From NCBI GenBank assembly GCA_030704615.1, contig CM060733.1, forward strand, positions 5,084,001 through 5,148,000: 64,000 bases of DNA, given 5' to 3'. Numbering within the stretch: the first letter of the stretch is position 1; the number at the start of each line of letters is the position of its first letter. The stretch is from Takakia lepidozioides. Lineage: Eukaryota > Plantae > Bryophyta. Shown piece by piece: positions 61,384 through 64,000 of the stretch. A model generated the notes under the pieces. It searched no databases, was not told the origin of the DNA, and saw nothing but the letters and a program-made list of their open reading frames with translations. The translations under genes were made by a program, and so were the position numbers.

Positions 61384-62915
61384 CAACAAGCAATGCAGGA
61401 GGAATACGATTCTCTAATGGCTAATGGTACATGGGAGCTGGAGAATTTGCCGAGCGACACGAAGACAATTAAATGTAAATGGGTGTAGAAGTTGAAATTG
61501 GATGCAGAAGGAACCACTACAACAGATCGCGGTAATTATGACTGCCAAACAGTGGTAGTCATGGTTTTCTTGACTTTGACCATGACTACACCATGTTTTT
61601 ATATAAAATTGACCTCCCGCAGTCGTTCATAGGACTGTAGTCATATAAACGACTATCTAAGTAGTCGTCTATATGACTACATGGCTCCGGAATGGACGGA
61701 AGGCTGGTCAACGGCAATTGACCAAATTTAGCTTACCACTGATAGTCATTTCCATGACTACAATGTACATGGATAAGGTTACATAGTCATGATGACTACT
61801 GGGGATTTTGTAATTTGGTGTGTATAATACAATTAAAACACCATATGATCATATGAATGACTAATGGGTATATTGGTTAGCAGGTAGTGAACTATAACTC
61901 TTATAGTAAAGAGGTTGGAGGTTCAAACTCCTCTAAGTACAATCAAATGGACAAGATGGCCCTAGGGTTAGTAGGCGAGCTAGGGATAGTACGTGGCACC
62001 TTAGATGGGCTGCCATGTGGTTTTTTTCATTATTATAAAATGCATTATGCCACATGGCACAACGCGGTATGACGTGGCGTCTGACATATTTTTTATTTTT
62101 TAAAATTATTTTTTAATCAATTGTGCCTCGCCACGTGAAGCGGTAGCGGCGATTGCAGTATGATATATATGACTACAGTGAGAGATATCACTTGGTTTAT
62201 TTGACTGTAGTCATCTGGACCGTACCATCCTGTACTCATTGTATTGACTTGGTTTGCACGACTTACAGTCATAGAAGTCATATGTACCATTTATGACTGT
62301 AGAATAGTCGTATATACAGTCATAAATACCGCGATCTATTGTAGTGAACAGTGCAAAGGTTTAAGTCTTGGCTTGTAGCAAAAGGATAATTTACACAAAG
62401 GGAGGGGATCGATTACACTGAGACATTTAGTCCCGTGGCAAAGTTCGACTCGATCAGAACGTCCATTCTGTCGATTGCAGCAGCCGAGGATCTCGAAATT
62501 ACTCAATTTGATGTATGCACTGCATTTCTCTACGGTGAGATTGACGAGATCATATACATGGAGCAACCAATTGGTTTCCAAGGCCCAACGTCACCAACGA
62601 AAGTTTGCAGACTGAGAAAAGCGATCTTGAAGCAGTCATCGCGAGTCTGGAACTAGAAGTTCGATGCAATCCTAAAGGATTTTGATCTGAAGGTATCTAC
62701 AGCTGAATGTTGTATAATGTGAACAAGAGTGATCCCAAGCTGATTATGGCGGTCTGGGTAGACGATGGGATCGTCACTAGCAATGACATGCTTACACACA
62801 TAAAAGGAGCGTTCAAGATTACTACAGGACTGGGAGAAATGTACGTGGGCCACTGTTCGAGACAAGATGAATCGAAGTCTCAGCATTGACCAGAACAGGT
62901 ACATCGTACGGATTT
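61384..62915 (+). mobile_element. Ty1/copia reverse-transcriptase remnant, interrupted by the CACTA element
   Basis: QQAMQEEYDSLMANGTWEL..KCKWV*KLKLDAEG | TVQRFKSWLVAK..ETFSPVAKFDSIR..QFDVCTAFLYGEIDEIIYMEQPIGF..LKQSSRVWN..AVWVDDGIV. Confidence 0.92.
61515..62346. mobile_element. Complete non-autonomous CACTA (En/Spm) element, 832 bp
   Basis: TIR CACTACAACAGATCGCGGTAATTATGACTG versus the reverse-complemented right end CACTACAATAGATCGCGGTATTTATGACTG (2 mismatches in 30). 3-bp TSD AAC (61512-61514 / 62347-62349). Many atgactac/gtagtcat subterminal repeats. Removing it restores the copia frame. Confidence 0.95.
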
Positions 62916-64000
62916 ACAATTGGACAGTTGATATAGGTAGATATTGAGGTTAGAAATCCAGCATGGAATTTTGTTTTCAACATTATTGATTATATTCAAA
63001 GCAATTCATGAGATCATGCACGACAGTCACTGAAAATTGTGCCAGTAACGCAGTTTTTGGTCCACCTTAGCCTGCATCTACCCTAACAGATAAACTAAAG
63101 TCATTGACAGGTGGGCCAGAGACATTCCGTATGAGCTCTATAGCGTCCACAACATGTATCTTTGGCTCAGAATTAGATGGACCCGCACCAAGAAATATGG
63201 AAGAGAGCTCGAGAGATCCTCCCCATCTAGCCTAGCCCGCTTCAAATGTCGCATCTCCGTTGTACCCAATAATTGGTAGATAAAGGTGAAATATTCTTTG
63301 GGTAGAAAAAGTTGGTGGAGATGGAGGCATGCTTGCGCAGCATGTTGGTTAGAAGGATGGCAAAAAATAAATAAATACTAATATTATTTATATTAGTATA
63401 TAACAAATATGTAGAATACACACTGCAAGCGAGGCCTGTTTTATTTATTTATGTTTTTTGAGAAAATATAAATTTGGTAGGAGAGGTGGAGCTGACAAAG
63501 GTTCTAAAGGGGGAAATGCAACTAGAGGTGTGCAATTTGGGATGTGAAAGTGATGATGCCCTTAGGTGCCGCATAATTGGACTTCCATTGACCCAGTTTA
63601 ACACCCAAATCACATTGTCGAGAGCCCAAGCCCCCATGCCTTTTTATATAAAAGAAGAACTAATCTAAATAGTAGGTGACCAGCCCTCATCGGGTCCACT
63701 GATTACATTATTCCTCATTATACATGAGCTGCTAGGGTGTCTAATCTTGTTGCTGTTGGCTGAAGACAAGGTAGCAACACCAAAATTAGGTTCCATTTGA
63801 GAAAAAAAAAAAGGTCCGCACTAACTTTCTCAACCACCACTTGTTTTTCATCCATGTAATGATCAGAAGAGCATCTGGCTCAAGACGAATCCATCCTTCC
63901 ACAGGATTGAACGTGTTGTGTACTCCCCTCATAGTGTGATGAATGATGATGTCATGGGCGCCGTTGCGAAGTGGGGATCTCGAAGAGTTCGGAATGACGA

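Noticed and set aside
62920-64000. Short ORFs at the window end
   Set aside because: No recognisable protein motifs or supportable exon structure.

Overview
Eukaryotic nuclear DNA with spliceosomal introns from a land plant, probably a non-seed plant (inferred from intron size, GC level and TE content, not established). The left ~41.5 kb is gene-dense: the 3' end of plastid ribosomal protein L11, a CDIN1/C15orf41-like nuclease gene with damaged exons, an intact GDSL lipase plus its pseudogenised tandem copy, a 15-exon long-form tRNase Z, a 15-exon allantoinase, and a 9-exon plastid protein-ribulosamine/fructosamine 3-kinase lying head-to-head with allantoinase (126 bp between start codons). 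Introns and gene flanks carry many 3'-end fragments of one LINE that appears to insert into CT-rich tracts. The right ~22.5 kb is nested, decayed transposon DNA: a MULE/SWIM fragment, a TIR-bounded Pack-like unit (tandem array of OSB PDF motifs, a captured RPL23A exon and an unassigned transposase-like remnant), an FCP1/NIF-domain pseudogene, two divergently oriented chromoviral Ty3/gypsy copies, a tRNA-derived SINE, an L1 remnant, and a copia RT interrupted by a complete non-autonomous CACTA element. No CRISPR array, rRNA or true tRNA gene was seen. All gene models were read by eye and no database searches were run.
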